From the NCBI GenBank assembly GCA_043228905.1, contig JBHGNT010000005.1, forward strand, positions 15,810,001 to 15,874,000: a DNA stretch of 64,000 nucleotides, read 5' to 3'. The stretch is from Azolla caroliniana. Lineage: Eukaryota > Plantae > Polypodiophyta. This document shows, one piece after another, positions 1 through 12,865 of the stretch; positions within the stretch are counted from its first letter, which is position 1, and each line of letters starts with the position of its first letter. Both the position numbers and the translations under genes were made by a program. The notes beneath the pieces were generated by a model. It did no database searches and was not told where the DNA came from. It saw only the letters and a program-made list of their open reading frames with translations.

Positions 1-199
1 GCTGTCACCCACGGTCGTTGTCTCCGTGGACGTGAGTGCGTCTTTAACTAACCCTCACCGATCTTTCCTGTCCAGTCTCCACCTTTTTGGCCTTGGGCTT
101 TCCTGTCGTGGTTCGGCTTCCGGCTCCGGTGCCACTTCCTCGGTGCGCGCCGCCTGCTCTTCCTGCGTTGTTCGCGTGTTCGGTTAGGCAGGTTGGGGT

Positions 200-860
200 T
201 CATCCTCCCACTCTGTGGTGGCTAACTCCGCTAACCTTCGCTTCACGGATCAAGGCGGCAACGTGGGCTTGCTGGGCTGCGGTGCCGGCAGACCTCGGGG
301 TGGGAACAATATCGTCAAGTACTGTTGTATGATAGGCCTGAGCTTTTTGCCTCCTTGATACGCCTGCAGGCCTTCCCTTAACGCCGGCCCCATAATGACC
401 CCCGAATCGATCGTACGCCCTTCAAAGGTATCAATGATGATACCTGCCTTCTACTTGGGCATCCCATATGCGTTTACATGTATGCATCCGACCTCCAATA
501 GGAACTTGGTGATTTCGCAGAAAAAGGGATCCAAGATCTCCTTCATTCTATATGCCTTGGCGGATGACGAATATGGACCGAAATATCTCTGTAGGGACTC
601 CACAGGAGGGATTTCGAAATGCCTTTCACCCAGTGATGACAAGTCCAACTTTTTTCGGATGGATGAGTTGGTGACCATGTCCATGTTGAGCTTTCTAGCG
701 ATGTCCAGTGCATCAGGGTGTGGAGGTGCCTCAGCGACCCTGATGTACCCATCCAAGTGTTTCTCCACGAGCCATCGACACAAAGCGGTAGAGATGAATA
801 TCAACATTGTCGGAATAGGCTCGTGGCTAGTGGGTGAAGACTGTTGGTTGCGGCGTGCTT
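200..860 (-). pseudogene. 3' extra ORF of G0 downstream of integrase (env-like position), interrupted
   Basis: ORF 807-451 continues in frame past a TAG as KAGIIIDTFEGRTIDSGVIMGPALREGLQAY, then becomes Pro/Arg-rich; same strand as pol. Confidence 0.6.
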
Positions 861-1098
861 GAGCTCTATGATAGGGTGGAGAAGAGGGTGAGGAAGGGGA
901 GTGCTGAGAGTGCTAAGAGCGCTAAGAGTTAGAAGGTTGATTTTTGTATTGTGCAAAAAACCTTCTATTTCCTTCTTTTTGTGGTCTAGGGTTCACTAGT
1001 CGGTGAGCCATCGTGGTGCCGCGTGTTCTTGGTCTAGAAGTCTATGCATGCCTTAAGTCCTTTTAATAGCGTCGTTATCTTCCTTCTTCTTCATTTTT

Positions 1099-4000
1099 TT
1101 ATTCTCCGGCTTTATCTTGTCTGGTGGGGAATGGGTTAGGTGGCGTAGGTCCCAGATAAGGTTTAAGGCGAAACCCATTCACTTTCTGTCGTAACACTTC
1201 CCCGGCCAGCGTGCCCAGTTGAAACGTGCCTTGTTCTGCTCCTACTATCCAGTACGGGCATGTCCAGCAGAATCGTAATTTTTCTGGCATATGTCCCATG
1301 CAGGTTTGGAAAACCAATACTGCTCTTCCAACCGTAAAATCTTTTTCACACGCATGCCGGTGTCGGTCAACGAATGCTTTGCGCCACCGCTATTCCTTCT
1401 CTAATATGGCCATACTACGTACCCTTGTTTCTCCTAGCTCTAGTAGTCTCTATAGCCGTATTTGTGCGGATTTTCCCTCTGGTAGTCGGGCTCATATTTG
1501 GATCCGTAGAGTGGGTACCTGGAATTCAACTGGCATCACGCCCTCCAGACCAAATGTCAGCCTAAACGGTGTTGATTTGATGCTGCTCTTATAGTTGGTA
1601 CGGTATGCCCAAAACGCGCTATGCAACTTGGTGTCCCAATCCGTCCTGTTCTCATTGACTATCTTTTTGAGGATAGTTTGGAGGGTTTTGTTCGTGGATT
1701 CTGCCAAGCCATTTGCCTGCGGGTAATACGACGTACTTTTCTTGTGCACCACACGTAATGTTGGGTTAGTTCGTTGATGACCGTATTCAAAAAGTGACTC
1801 CCTTGGTCACTAATGAGCTCGATAGGGCAACCGAAACGACACCAGATGTGTTCGTACAGGAATTTCGCCATGACTGTCGTAGTATTCTCGCATAGTGGTT
1901 TCGCTTCTACCCACTTGGTGCAGTAATCCGTAGCCACCAGGATGTACTTATTGCTTGTTCGAGCGGCCGTCGGGGTAAAGGGTCCCACAAAATCTAACCC
2001 CCACTTTTGGAAAGGATCTAGTGGCAACACTGGTTGATGTGGCATTCTTGTGACTTCTGTGGGTTGGTCCAGTCATTGGCATAAATCGCACTGTCTGCAA
2101 TATTCATACGCGTCCTTTTGTGTCGTCGGCCACCACAGTCCTGCTTGCCAAATTTTCCGGGCCTTAACATCGCCTGCGTAATGTCCTCCCGCCATACCAC
2201 AATGGGTTTCGTGTAGAACCGCGGCCTTCTCATCCTGTTGTATTTCGTGCCTCCAGATGTCGTCACTGCCCCTTGTGGTATAGTATGTTTTCCAGTAAAC
2301 AGAAATTCCAACCCGGACGACCAGCCGTTTTTTCTCATCCGTCCGTAATTGAGGTGGCCGTAACCCCGTGGTCATGAAGTAGGTCATTTCCATGAGCCAC
2401 CGATCTGGGAAGGTCTTTTCCGTTCGTTCTCCTAGTGCTGCTACCCACAGAATGTCTGCATCTAGAAAGTCGTTGTTATCCCTCTGCGCCGTTTCTCCAT
2501 TATCGAGTCTGCTCAAAAAATCTGCCACTGCGTGTTGCGTACCCGGGCGGTGCTGAATTACAAAGTCGAATTCTTGAAGCAGCAGCATCCATCTCACCAA
2601 TTTCCCCGTCAGCGCTTGTTTCTCCACCAGATACAGCAGTGCCGAATGATCCACATGAAACGTGAATTTCCGCCCTAGCAGATAATGCTGGAACTTATTG
2701 ATGTTGTAGATCATCCCCAACGCCTCACATTCCGCTGTGGAATAGTTATGCTCAGCCGTTGATAATTTCCGACTAGCGTAGTACACCGGCTGGTACCAAT
2801 TCGGCTTCGTGAGCTGCATTAGCGCACTACCTATTGCTATGTCTGAGGCATCTACGAACACATGGAATGGCATCGCCCAAACCAGTGGTTGTACGATGGG
2901 TGCCTACGTTAGCATTTATGCCTTTTCTTTTGTCGTTGTCCATTGGAAGGGAGTCCGATGAACGACGGCATCGTATTTGTCCTAAAAAACGGCTGAGTGA
3001 TTTCGCGTTTGTCGGTGTTTTCACTTGGGTAATCGCGGAGATTTTATTTGGATCGACCGCTATCCCTTCCTTGCTAACTATATGGCCAAGGAGAGCCCCG
3101 CTGGTAACGCCAAAGGCACATTTGGTGGGATTCAGGCTTAAGCGTGCAGTGCGGCAACGTTCCAGGCACAGTTGTAGATGCGTAAAATGGTCGGTTGTTC
3201 TCCCATATACCGCAAAATCGTCTAAAAAAACTTGCATGAAGGCAGGAATATATTCCCCAAAAATCTCTATGATTGTCCGTTGAAATGTCGTTGGCGCCGT
3301 CTTTAGCCCGAACATCATGACGATTGCAACATAGACTCCCGAGTCCGTGACAAATGTCGTCTTCTCTTGGTCATCAGGGTGCATGTGTACTTGGTTGTAC
3401 CCACTAAACCCATCTAGAAAACTATACATGTCATGCCCCGCGACGGCGTCCAGTACGCAATCGATGAAAGGTAAAGGGAATGCGTCCATAATGGTTATGG
3501 CGTTTAATTTTCAATAGTCCACGCATACCCGTATTTTGCCCTTTTTCTTTGGTACGACTACGATCGGGCTTAACCATGTAGCTTGTTTAATTGGCTGTAT
3601 GAATCCCGCCTTGAGTAGTTTGTCAATTTCTTCTTTTATGCGGGTCGCGTAGTTTGGGTTCATGCGATATCGACGTTGCTAGACCGGTTTCGTGTCGGTT
3701 GCTAAATTGATCTTATGTTGATAGAAATTCGGATCTAACCCCTTCATGTCCTCGTGGGCCCAGGCGAACACATCTTTATACTTCTTGAGTAGTGCTATCA
3801 TCGTGTCTCTCTGGTCCAGTATTAATTCTTTTGCCATGGAGAGGAAATGGGGTTCTGACGTCGTACCCACGTTTACTTCTTCCAGGGCTGAGGCGGTGAC
3901 TCGCCGTGAAATTTCCATTTCCCTCTCGAACGCTGCTCGTGCTCTGCTTAGTTCTAATATTAACTTTGGGTTTGGTTCGTAAGCCTCATCGTGGAGTGTA

Positions 4001-4884
4001 GTGGGCGTGGCATATTCCATCGCGGTTTCGATGACGTCGATTTCAAACAGCGGAATGATCTGAGGGTGCTCGTCTAGGTATGCCTCTAATTTTGTATCAT
4101 CCACCCCAGCCAACATATTTATATCCTCCACGTACAATGGTGTTATGCCCTTGGGTTGTGTCGCCATTTCCTCTGTTGGTACACGAACCTTGGTGCGTCC
4201 GCGTCGAAAGCTGATACACTTGTGTTGCCAGCTCTACTTGATATTCGTTGAATGAAGCCACGGTCTGTCCAACAGCATAGGATACGCCCTTGGGGCTTCA
4301 AGGGCGAGGACTACCGCCGAGATGTCGAAGCGATGTCCTCCCACGATAATGCCTACCTTGCGTATCAACCCCAGTGGTCGTACTGAGCGGGTATACGTCA
4401 TGCGGAGCCAGAACATGCAAGCTTCCCATTCTGAAATTCCCAATTGTTCGCATGTCTTCACGCTAATTACATTAACGCTCGAGCCGCCATCGATTACGTA
4501 TCCTGGGATTTCTTGATCATGTAATATCAACTTAATAGCCGAGTTGTGGTGATCCACTACTGTCGGTCCATCGCTAATGTTCGTAAAATTCGTGGCGACG
4601 CTTACCCCAAGTCTGCCCGTCACCCGCTCTTCCACGGCCTGGCGGAACCGTGGGACTAGTTGCAGCAGCTTCTCCATGGTTAACGTTATCTCGCAGCCTG
4701 TTAGTGCTTGCCATATGGTGTCCGAGGATGGTCCCTCTTCCTCCAATAGCTCCACCGCGTTTGCGGACTCCTTCCGCATGCGCTCCGTATTTGTCGCGTT
4801 TGCTTTTTCAACCCATGCATGGGCTGTTCGCCGTATCTCATCTTGCGTGACCCAATCAACAGTTTTTGTTTGCTGACGTGTCAT
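1099..4884 (-). pseudogene. pol: Gypsy pol (PR-RT-RH-INT) of G0, frameshifted
   Basis: ORF fragments 4234-4884 (PR), 2827-3489 (RT), 2073-2873 (RH and INT zinc finger), 1659-2045 and 1492-1752 (INT core), 1099-1317 (INT C-terminus). Confidence 0.92.
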
Positions 4885-6147
4885 GAGTTGTTGTACTTTC
4901 GTTGTAATCGTATTGACGGCAGGCCCCTTGCCCTTGCGTATTGGGCATTGTGTGGCATAACGTCCGGGTTGTTGACAAACAAAACAATGGATTCTAGATT
5001 CGCCCTTCTTAGCCCCTGGTGGTGTGTGCCGATCCCCAGGTGTGACTTGCTCCTCCCAGTCCTGATTCGTTCGTCGAAGCCTACGCGATGGTTGTTGTTG
5101 GTCCCGGCGTGGTTTCTAGTGTCGGTCATCGTCCGAACTTTTGTCGTACCACCATTAGTCCCGATATTGTTGATGCTTTCCACGAGGCCCATTGAAGTTG
5201 CCACGTTTGTTCGTCAGATGGTAATTCTCATAGCATCGGCCCCCTTTAGTATTTCTGGGGTTGCCACGGTAGTCTTCATCCTCCGGCTTGTCTTCCTCGG
5301 AATCGTTGTGATTCCGGCGATTCCGGTAGTGCCGGTCATCACGTGGATTGCGATTCATGTATCGTGGTCAGTCTTCTTCCCGCCTTTGTTCATTACGGCG
5401 TGGGGGACGTTGTGTGTCCACGTTGCGTACTGTGGGCATGGCTCTGTTCAACATATTGTACTCACACTGCTCAACTGTGTGAGCTTTCTAGTGACAGATT
5501 GGACAATGGATTCATATGTTGCATTCAACTGCGGAATGCCCCAAATTCAAGCAAATCGTGCACTAGATCGCTTGACGAAAATGTCGTTCCTCGTCCTGAG
5601 GTAACGCTTGTCATAATGAGGACATGGAAAACCTTTCCTCTTCTTCGTCCAGCTCGAGTTGTAGCGTTCTTTCTATGACCATATCGGTCGTTTCCCCTTT
5701 CACGCTATTGTTGTTTAGCGTTTTCTGTATGGGTCGGCGTAATGCTGCCAGAAATGTCTCCCTAGCCTCATCCTCCGTCAGGACCCATTCTAATTTCTGC
5801 CATAGATTTTGGAAACGTAAGCTGAAATCCACGATCGTCTTGGTCGGCAACTATTTAATTGTGTAGAACTGGCCGAGGATTTCGCGTTGCAGCACCCTCC
5901 GATGAAAAAACCGCAGAAAGGCTAACTACAGTTGGTCAAAGGTCGTGATTGCTGGCAGATCCATCTACGAATGCCAAAACGCCGCTCTCCCATCCAAGGT
6001 TAATCCGAACTCCGTCATTTTGGACTGGTGCGCTACTGCCTCGGAAAGGCTCTACGCCATGTGGTTTGCATTCTAGACATTGAGGAACAGTCGAATGTGG
6101 GTTGCTGCGTCGGTTTCGCCGTTGAAGCGGGGATAAGCAAAGGCCAT
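4881..6147 (-). pseudogene. gag: Gypsy gag of G0, decayed
   Basis: ATG at 6147 gives MAFAYPRFNGETDAATHIRLF; retrotransposon-gag-like helices in 5611-5850; Cys/His knuckle remnants near 4940-4990 and 5430-5470. Confidence 0.75.
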
Positions 6148-6416
6148 GTTGGGTGCTACGACGGGCAGGGAAAGACCACAGTGCTTTTGTGGTGAGCGCG
6201 CTTCCCGCGTATCGCCGACGTATTTGGAGAGCAAGAAATCGTCTTTGTGGTCCCGACAGGTAGTACTGAGGTTACTGAGGCGAGGCTTTTGTCGTGCGTG
6301 TTCCTCTGCCTAGCGTATGATGGACCTTGTGATTGGTCGGTCTTGTCGTGTTGGTTCTCAAGGGCGTCTGTGGCTAAACATCCATCCGTTGTTGTTCGTC
6401 TGTTAGAAGACACAGA

Positions 6417-6431
6417 TCACCAATCGTGCCA
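6417..6431 (-). promoter_or_regulatory. Putative primer-binding site of G0 (TGGCACG..., degenerate tRNA-Arg type)
   Basis: Minus strand reads LTR ...TAACA, then CTTT, then TGGCACGATTGGTG. Only partially complementary to the tRNA-Arg 3' end. Confidence 0.5.
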
Positions 6432-6435
6432 AAAG

Positions 6436-6878
6436 TGTTACCGATTAGGAACACAGTCTATGGTCAGTCCTTCGACCTAGACCTCAAAGTGACTGTGTGA
6501 CAACGAATGGTAGTGTCTGTGCGTAATACTTAGTGGGATACCTCCCGTAACCTAGCAACGTATAAGGGAGACGGCTACAACTGAGCTCCTTAGACAGTGG
6601 GCTAGTGCACTCACCGTTACTCATGCCTACGCTCTTAAGGATTATAGACACACAGTAGATTAACCAAAGATATGCACAGATATCAGAGAAGATAGAACTC
6701 TATTAAGATCCGCCTTTTACATTCAAAATTACACGCTACGTCTATCAGAGGTTTTTTGCCCTTTATATACGTAGGGTCTTTTAGCCATTCCCGCGTGAAC
6801 CATTTACATGCGTTACAATATTATTCTATTCCATATTACTGTGCTCTTGTTCGTCGGTTACTATTCCGGTGGACAACA
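6436..6878 (-). repeat. 5' LTR of G0
   Basis: Plus-strand termini TGTTA...CAACA; minus-strand TATATAAAG near 6760-6769; adjacent PBS. The partner LTR is outside the window. Confidence 0.7.
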
Positions 6879-7843
6879 CGCTCGCCGGCTTATAAATCAA
6901 AAGCTCAAATAGAAAACCGATGACTTTGACTGACTTCACTGGGATTATAAGCATTTGGATGCCGATCATAAGAAGTTGACTACCGACAGTGACCGGCAGC
7001 AGGAAAACTACAGAGAACTCTGGGAGGAAGTTAACCGGTTGACGGCGGCATTGATGGAAGAGCAGTTGAAGGGGGCCGAACAAGCGAAACAACTGGCGGC
7101 AACAACGAAAGAGTGACTGGACCTGTAAGTACAGCACCATGCGGAAACGGAGCGCGCTACAATGGCTCTGAATAGAGTTCAAACAACATATCAGACCCAA
7201 CTCATGCACTACAGAACCCAAGAAGTGGTAACCGCGAGCCTAATCAAACAATTGAAGGACGAAAAACAGGTCGCGGAAAACAAGTCGAAGATAGGGCTGG
7301 GGTAGATCCGGGACATCATACTGGCATGGAGGAATCGAACGAAGCAATTGGTGGAAGAAAGCTCAGTACAATGGTGGTCAAAGTGGGCTAAGCAGGCAGC
7401 ACAGCTACAGTGCTGCGGGCAGACGCGGAAAACTAGCAGAAAGAGGGCGACGCAGTCTACATCTTGGATAAAGAAGGCATTGAAGCCATAAAAGATGAAC
7501 TGTCGGATGATTTTATATCCTTGGCTTATGAGCAGAGGGTGGCGATATGCCAGTTGGTGGACCAACTGGATGATGACCAGTTGGACATGCAACTCTATTT
7601 TGAGAAGTACGAACGGGAACAGAGACGGCAAGACGTGGCCCAGAGAACTGCAGCGATTAGCATAAGTGACAAGGAGCCATCTTCAGAGCAAACGCCGGTT
7701 AAGCCCGGGGGAAGCCAACCAGATAGTGCTCAAGAGGAGCCACTAGAGGAAGGTCATCCGCAAGAACATGAACAACCGGATAGCAGAACCAGGAGACGCT
7801 AAGGCCGGTTGAGCCAGAAAAGGAGGAGGAGCCGGTAAGACCA
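6879..7843 (+). pseudogene. Decayed coiled-coil ORF, probably the 3' extra ORF of a plus-strand Gypsy (G00)
   Basis: Stop-interrupted E/Q/K-rich helical reading frames including 7464-7802, then purine tract AGAAAAGGAGGAGGAG (7816-7831). An LTR-like segment follows on the far side of the A insertion (32881-33319). Confidence 0.45.
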
Positions 7844-8071
7844 TGTTGAGAATCAAGCTCAACTTGGTCTAGTGTGTGAACTCACATTGAGAGTGAATAG
7901 ACTCTCCAACAGTCAACAGTCCTCCCACCTTGTATAGCGTTGAGTCTTTCTCCTTTGTTAACATACTTAACCTTGCGTATTCTGTGTGTCTTTCTCTCTC
8001 TCTCTCTCTCATACACTCACACATATCTCTCACCTATTCCGCTCTACAAGAATCATACTCGATGCTTTACA
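7844..8071 (+). repeat. LTR A-1 (internally deleted by about 155 bp, TATA box lost)
   Basis: TGTTGAGAATC...TTTACA; colinear with 23221-23602 except for the missing central block. Confidence 0.92.
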
Positions 8072-8224
8072 TGGTATCAGAGTGATTTGGTAGCTTGATC
8101 TAGCCCATTCGACTCATCGTGATCGTGTATTGTGCTCCACGCCGACGACCAAGAACCGGCTCATCGCTATCGTAGCTTCGCTACATAGCTCACATTTGAA
8201 GAGAGAAGAAGAAGAATCGACAAA

Positions 8225-9918
8225 ATGAATACTCAAATGGGGAGCTCTCTCCCTACCGAGAAGTTGGATCGAAACAACTTCGCATCTTGGGAGTACAAGA
8301 TGCACCAATACCTTGTCTGACAACGCTATTGGAGCTACATCAAAGGAGTGCACGAAGACCGACCCGTCGAAGCGGCTCCCGGATACGCGACATGGGAGCA
8401 AGCCGCAAACCGAGTAATGTATTGCTTGGTGACATGTGTTCACGACCACATGCTCGGTTACATTCGAGAAGCCGAGACGCCGAAGGAAGTGTGGGAAAAT
8501 CTACGAAAGATTTTTGCTGCCAACACGACCGCGAGGAAGCTTCAACTCCGTGAAGAGTTGAACAACATTCAACAACGGGACGTGTCTATCACGACATAAT
8601 CCTTGAAGATCAAGGAGCTTTGCGACTCGCTTGGCTCGATAAGTGTAAATGTCGATGATGATGAGATGGTGCAAATATGCCTCGGCGGCCTCGCACCACG
8701 GTTTGGCGCGATGCGAACCGCCGTTCTAGTAAGGGAGAAATCTCCCTTCTTCTTCGAGCTCCAATCAATGCTATTGGTCGAAGAAAACCAAATGCGTACA
8801 AGGAGCAATGAGTCGGAAGGCCGCATGCTCGACACGCACTCGAACAGAGGAAGAGAACGCGGACGAGCGAGAGGCCAATTCAGCCAAGGACAAGGCGGAC
8901 GAGGTCTGACCTTCGCCAACAACTCCCAATATCGGCTGCAAAACGGGAGCCAACGAGGAACCTTCGCAAGAATGGGGAGCTTCCACTCCGGCCCGATCCA
9001 TCAAAACACAACCAAATGCGGATATTGCGGAAAGCTCGGCCACCACGAAGAAGAGTGCCGAAAGAAGATGCGTGAATTGGCTTCCACAAGCTGACAACTC
9101 ACGAATTACGCACACAACTCCGACTACGAAGATTGCGTCGGAATGTATGCACACAACTCCGACTGTGGCGGAATGTACGGGCACACCTCCGACTACGAAG
9201 ATCATGGCGGAATGTATGCACAGAACTCCGACCGTGGCGGAAAGTTCATAATGAAACATAGAGCAAACTCTATGTCGGCCTCTACCTCAACTAGTGCCTC
9301 CGGCCCGGAAGACGTATGGTTCATCGATTCCGGTGCCTAGAAACATATGACATCGTATCAAGAATGGTGCCGAGAACTTCAAGAGCCGGACCGACCCGGC
9401 TATGTTGAAACCGGAGACGACACTACGCAACCGATTCAGCACATCGGCAATGTTCCGTTCGGAAAACAAGGTAAGCAAAATTACATTAAAAATGTCTTGC
9501 ATGTACCGACCATTACGAAGAATTTGGTCTCCGTCAGCCAAATTGTAGAGCACGGGATGCAAGTTTGATTTAATCAAGGCGGTTGCTTCATCGAAAAAGA
9601 GGGCTGACTCATCGCACGCGGACGAAGAGAGGGCCGAATGTTCATTCTCGACTCACACGAGATGAAATCAGCCATGTTCGCAAAGGGCATGAAAGCCGAC
9701 TCCGACATAGAGCTATGGCACAAGCGAATCGGCCACATCAATCTCAACAAACTCAAAGCAATGAAATCGAAAGGAGACGTCATCGGACTCCTGACATTCA
9801 AAGAGAAGGATATTGACGGTGTATGCGAAGCGTGCCAATTCGGCAAGCAACACCGACACCCATTCCCGAAAGAGCGGAACGTGAGCAAAGGTCTACTCGA
9901 CCTAGTCCATTCCAACGT
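8225..9918 (+). pseudogene. A1 gag-PR-GAG_pre-integrase, with stops
   Basis: MNTQMGSSLPTEKLDRNNFASW; CGYCGKLGHHEEEC zinc knuckle; WFIDSGA protease; LWHKRIGH...CEAC. Confidence 0.92.
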
Positions 9919-10048
9919 TGTCGCGTTGTTACGCGTGTGCGTGGAGAAAGGCGGGACCACGGGGGTCTTGGACTAGGGAGTGATGGAGCGTAGGAAGTCA
10001 TGCTTCACCGTTTCCGGGGCAACCCAGAAGCACACCGGAAGCAACCGA

Positions 10049-10088
<40 letters not shown>

Positions 10089-10695
10089 TAACACCGACTC
10101 GCGCACACTCACACACACACACACACACACACAGGCCAACCTGACTCACACCCTTAAGTACAGGAAGTGCAGGAAAGGGGAAGCACCCGACACCAACGAA
10201 GACGCAAATATACACAGACAGACGCAAACGTATATATGTATATAAAAGAAGAGTACATTCCAGGCTTTGAGCCGGACCAAGGTAGGTTACAGTAGTCATC
10301 AACTGCCAAGCCGCCGGTCGGGGAGCTCACGGGCTCGTCGCGCCAAGCGGGGTCTTGCACAGGAGATGAGCTGAAGCAAACCCTAAACGAACACGAAGGG
10401 GGAGAAGAAGAAGAAACTAACTCTAAACCTAATGGTATACCCTCTAATGCAAAATGGGCAACCCTTTCACAAAGGGCGTTCCCTTCCTTTTATAGAACAA
10501 GGAAAGGGATGCGTTACAATGTGGGACAAATCCCGACTTACATGGGATCGTCTGTCCCGACTTGACTACTCTTCGGCGCCATAAAGGCGCCCTCGATATT
10601 CACACTAAATGTACATGGGTGCGTACGCACGCTGCACCCCGCCGTCGTAGCCAATGTTTCCCGGATTCCGCCTCTCGCCGAAATTCTTCACGACA
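9919..10695 (-). repeat. 3' LTR of G1
   Basis: Plus strand TGTCGCG...CACGACA; direct repeat of 19749-20521. Confidence 0.95.
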
Positions 10696-11712
10696 TCCGC
10701 CCCCGGTACGTGCCAAACCTGGTTGAAGGGTGAGAGATTTCGGCCGGTGAGAAACCGGTCTCCCGTGATCCGCATCTCGGCTCGCTGCCGGTTTGATCCG
10801 TCGGTTTCGAGTCTTCCTTCGCGCTCGCCTCCCCGTAGGCTCGTTCGACCCGTCGATGGGTCCTTTGCCGCGATCTCCGTAGTACGCGTACTTCCGTTGG
10901 CCCTTGTTCAGCCATATGAACGCCCTGCTTCCCGCCGTATGCCCGATGCCCTCCGCTCGAGGCATGCCCGTAGTGGCCCTCTTGGCCCTTCCCGTCTTCG
11001 TGCTGTTGCGATAGGTCCTGAGTCTTCTACTTGCCGTCGTTCCCTCGCCCCCACCAGCTTGTCACCCCGGGCTTGTCGTGTCAGTCTTCGCTACTTCGAC
11101 GGAGCTACCGAGATCTACGAAGCGAGTGTGGAGGATCCTCCTCCGGCTTCTCTTGCAATCCCCTGACTCCGGCCCTGTGCAGTCCACTAGGCTCTTGTCA
11201 CCTATTCCCCCGGCACCTATCTTGTGCCGTCTTTCGCTTCCTTCGTTCGGCCCCACCCGCGCCGAACACCGTCCTGTAGTCACGCTTCGATCCAGCCCAA
11301 GATGGCCATTTGCGAGACTCTTGTTCTATTCCATGTGTGCCCTTCCGGCCTGACACACCTTCCCGTGTTTGCCCCTACCGGCTCCTTCCGAAACCTCGTG
11401 TCGTCGGGTCCCGTTCCCTGCCGCCACCAACCTCCTCTCTCGGTCTCATGTTGCCACGTTGGCCGAACTGCCGGAGTCTCCGGATCGGTGTGAGGGTCCC
11501 ATAGGACCGGACTCCGTTTCTATGCTTGCCGTAATTCGGGTGCCTTTGTTTTGAGTCACTCCCAGACTCTCCTCGTGTCTTCCACGTAGCCGGGTCCCAT
11601 TTCCCTCCGTCACCTTCCTTCTCCCTCGGTCTTACGTTGCCACGTTGGCAGAACAACCGGAGTCTCCGGAACCAATCTGGGGATCCCGTAGGACCGGACT
11701 TCCTTACGCCCA

Positions 11713-11932
11713 TTGCCTTCGTCACCTCGCCGCCACCGTCAGTATCTTGGTCTTACGTCGACCGCATTGCCGACTGCGGAAGTCTCTAGAACCGGTGTGA
11801 AGGATCCTCCGTAGACCGCCCATCCGTAGCCCTTGCCTTCGTCACCTCGCCGCCACCGTCAATATCTTGGTCTTACGTCGACCGCGTTGCCGACTGCCAA
11901 AGTCTCTAGAACCGGTGTGAAGGATCCTCCGT
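11713..11932. repeat. Tandem duplication (about 120-bp period, 2 copies) inside G1
   Basis: TTGCCTTCGTCACCTCGCCGCCACCGTCA...GGATCCTCCGT at about 11713 and about 11833. Confidence 0.85.
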
Positions 11933-12390
11933 GGGCGTTCGTCGCCTTCTTGACCTTGTCCCGGGTCGTCCTTTTCCGCATGCCGAGAGGGCGGTTTACT
12001 CCGCACCCTCTCCCGTGGTACCGACGTACCGTGTCCTCGGCCTCTTCGTAGGCCTGCTCTCTTCCTCCCTCCCGCAATGGTCATCCGGGAGTCCGTTCCG
12101 CCCGGTTCTCGCTCGGGTTCGTTCGCCTTTCCCCAGATTGCCGAGTCCCGTTCTCCTGTCGCCACCGATCTCTCTTGTCGGACTCACGCCGGCACTCGGG
12201 CCTGCAGCCGGATCGGTGTAAGGAACCCCATAGGACCGGCTTTCATTCTCTTTCCAAATCTCGACCTTCGCCTGGTCGGTCTTTCTCCCCATGTAAAAGA
12301 GGGCGGCTCGTCCCGCACCCTCTTCCGTTTCGGCACTTTCATGCCGAATCCGACCCCGATCGAACGATCCACGACCGGATTATGCTCCAC

Positions 12391-12771
12391 TGTTGAACGG
12401 CAAGCTCAACCGGAGCCGGTAAGCGAGACGGATCGGGCGAAACGGATCGGTATGACGGTGAGCAACCGAACCGGCAAGCAGTGGAGGCCGGGTGCAATCC
12501 GTAACCGGCAGTCCAATCGGAAGCCTAGTACAGGATAGACTACTAGGTAGCTATAGTCTCGTAGTAAGTGTCAGATGCTCGTGTGAGCATTGAAGTACAT
12601 GGTACTTCTGTCAGTCCCAAGAGGACTTGTATAAATAGTGCTACTTAGCACAGTGTATATACGGAGACTTGATATAATTTTGAAATTACATTCTGCTCTC
12701 TCTCTCTCTCTCGCTCTCTCTCTCTCTCTGTTGTTCTCTGTTTTATGCTTCTGCAAACACTTACGTTCACA
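12391..12771 (+). repeat. 5' LTR of C
   Basis: TGTTG...TCACA; TATAAAT near 12629; (CT)n tract. Confidence 0.95.
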
Positions 12772-12865
12772 TGATATCAGAGCGCGAGGGTTGAGAACCT
12801 CTGCTGCAGACATTTACTCTTGAGAAGAAAACCCTAACAGGTCGAAAACAGACACAGTAGAAGAC

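Larger units (their letters stand above)
1..6878 (-). mobile_element. Ty3/Gypsy non-chromoviral LTR retrotransposon G0 (Athila/Tat-related, no extra archaeal RNase H seen); 3' end outside window; decayed
   Basis: Minus-strand order LTR, PBS, gag, PR (VIDGGSSVN), RT (YSFLDGFSGYNQ, FLDD), RH (VDASDIAIG), INT (KWGLDFVGP, SDQGSHF, GPF-like module), extra ORF. Confidence 0.92.

Noticed and set aside
4819-5604. 261-aa hydrophobic plus-strand ORF, and the many similar antisense ORFs
   Set aside because: These are shadow frames opposite gag/pol coding sequence or within GC-rich LTRs.
7839-7845. CCATG as TSD of the A tandem (also 32876-32880)
   Set aside because: The left copy overlaps the LTR's TG and the right copy is 4 bp away from the LTR end.
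9914-9918. 5-bp TSD AACGT for G1
   Set aside because: On the right side the first A is the LTR's terminal CA (compare 10691-10695), leaving 4 bp.
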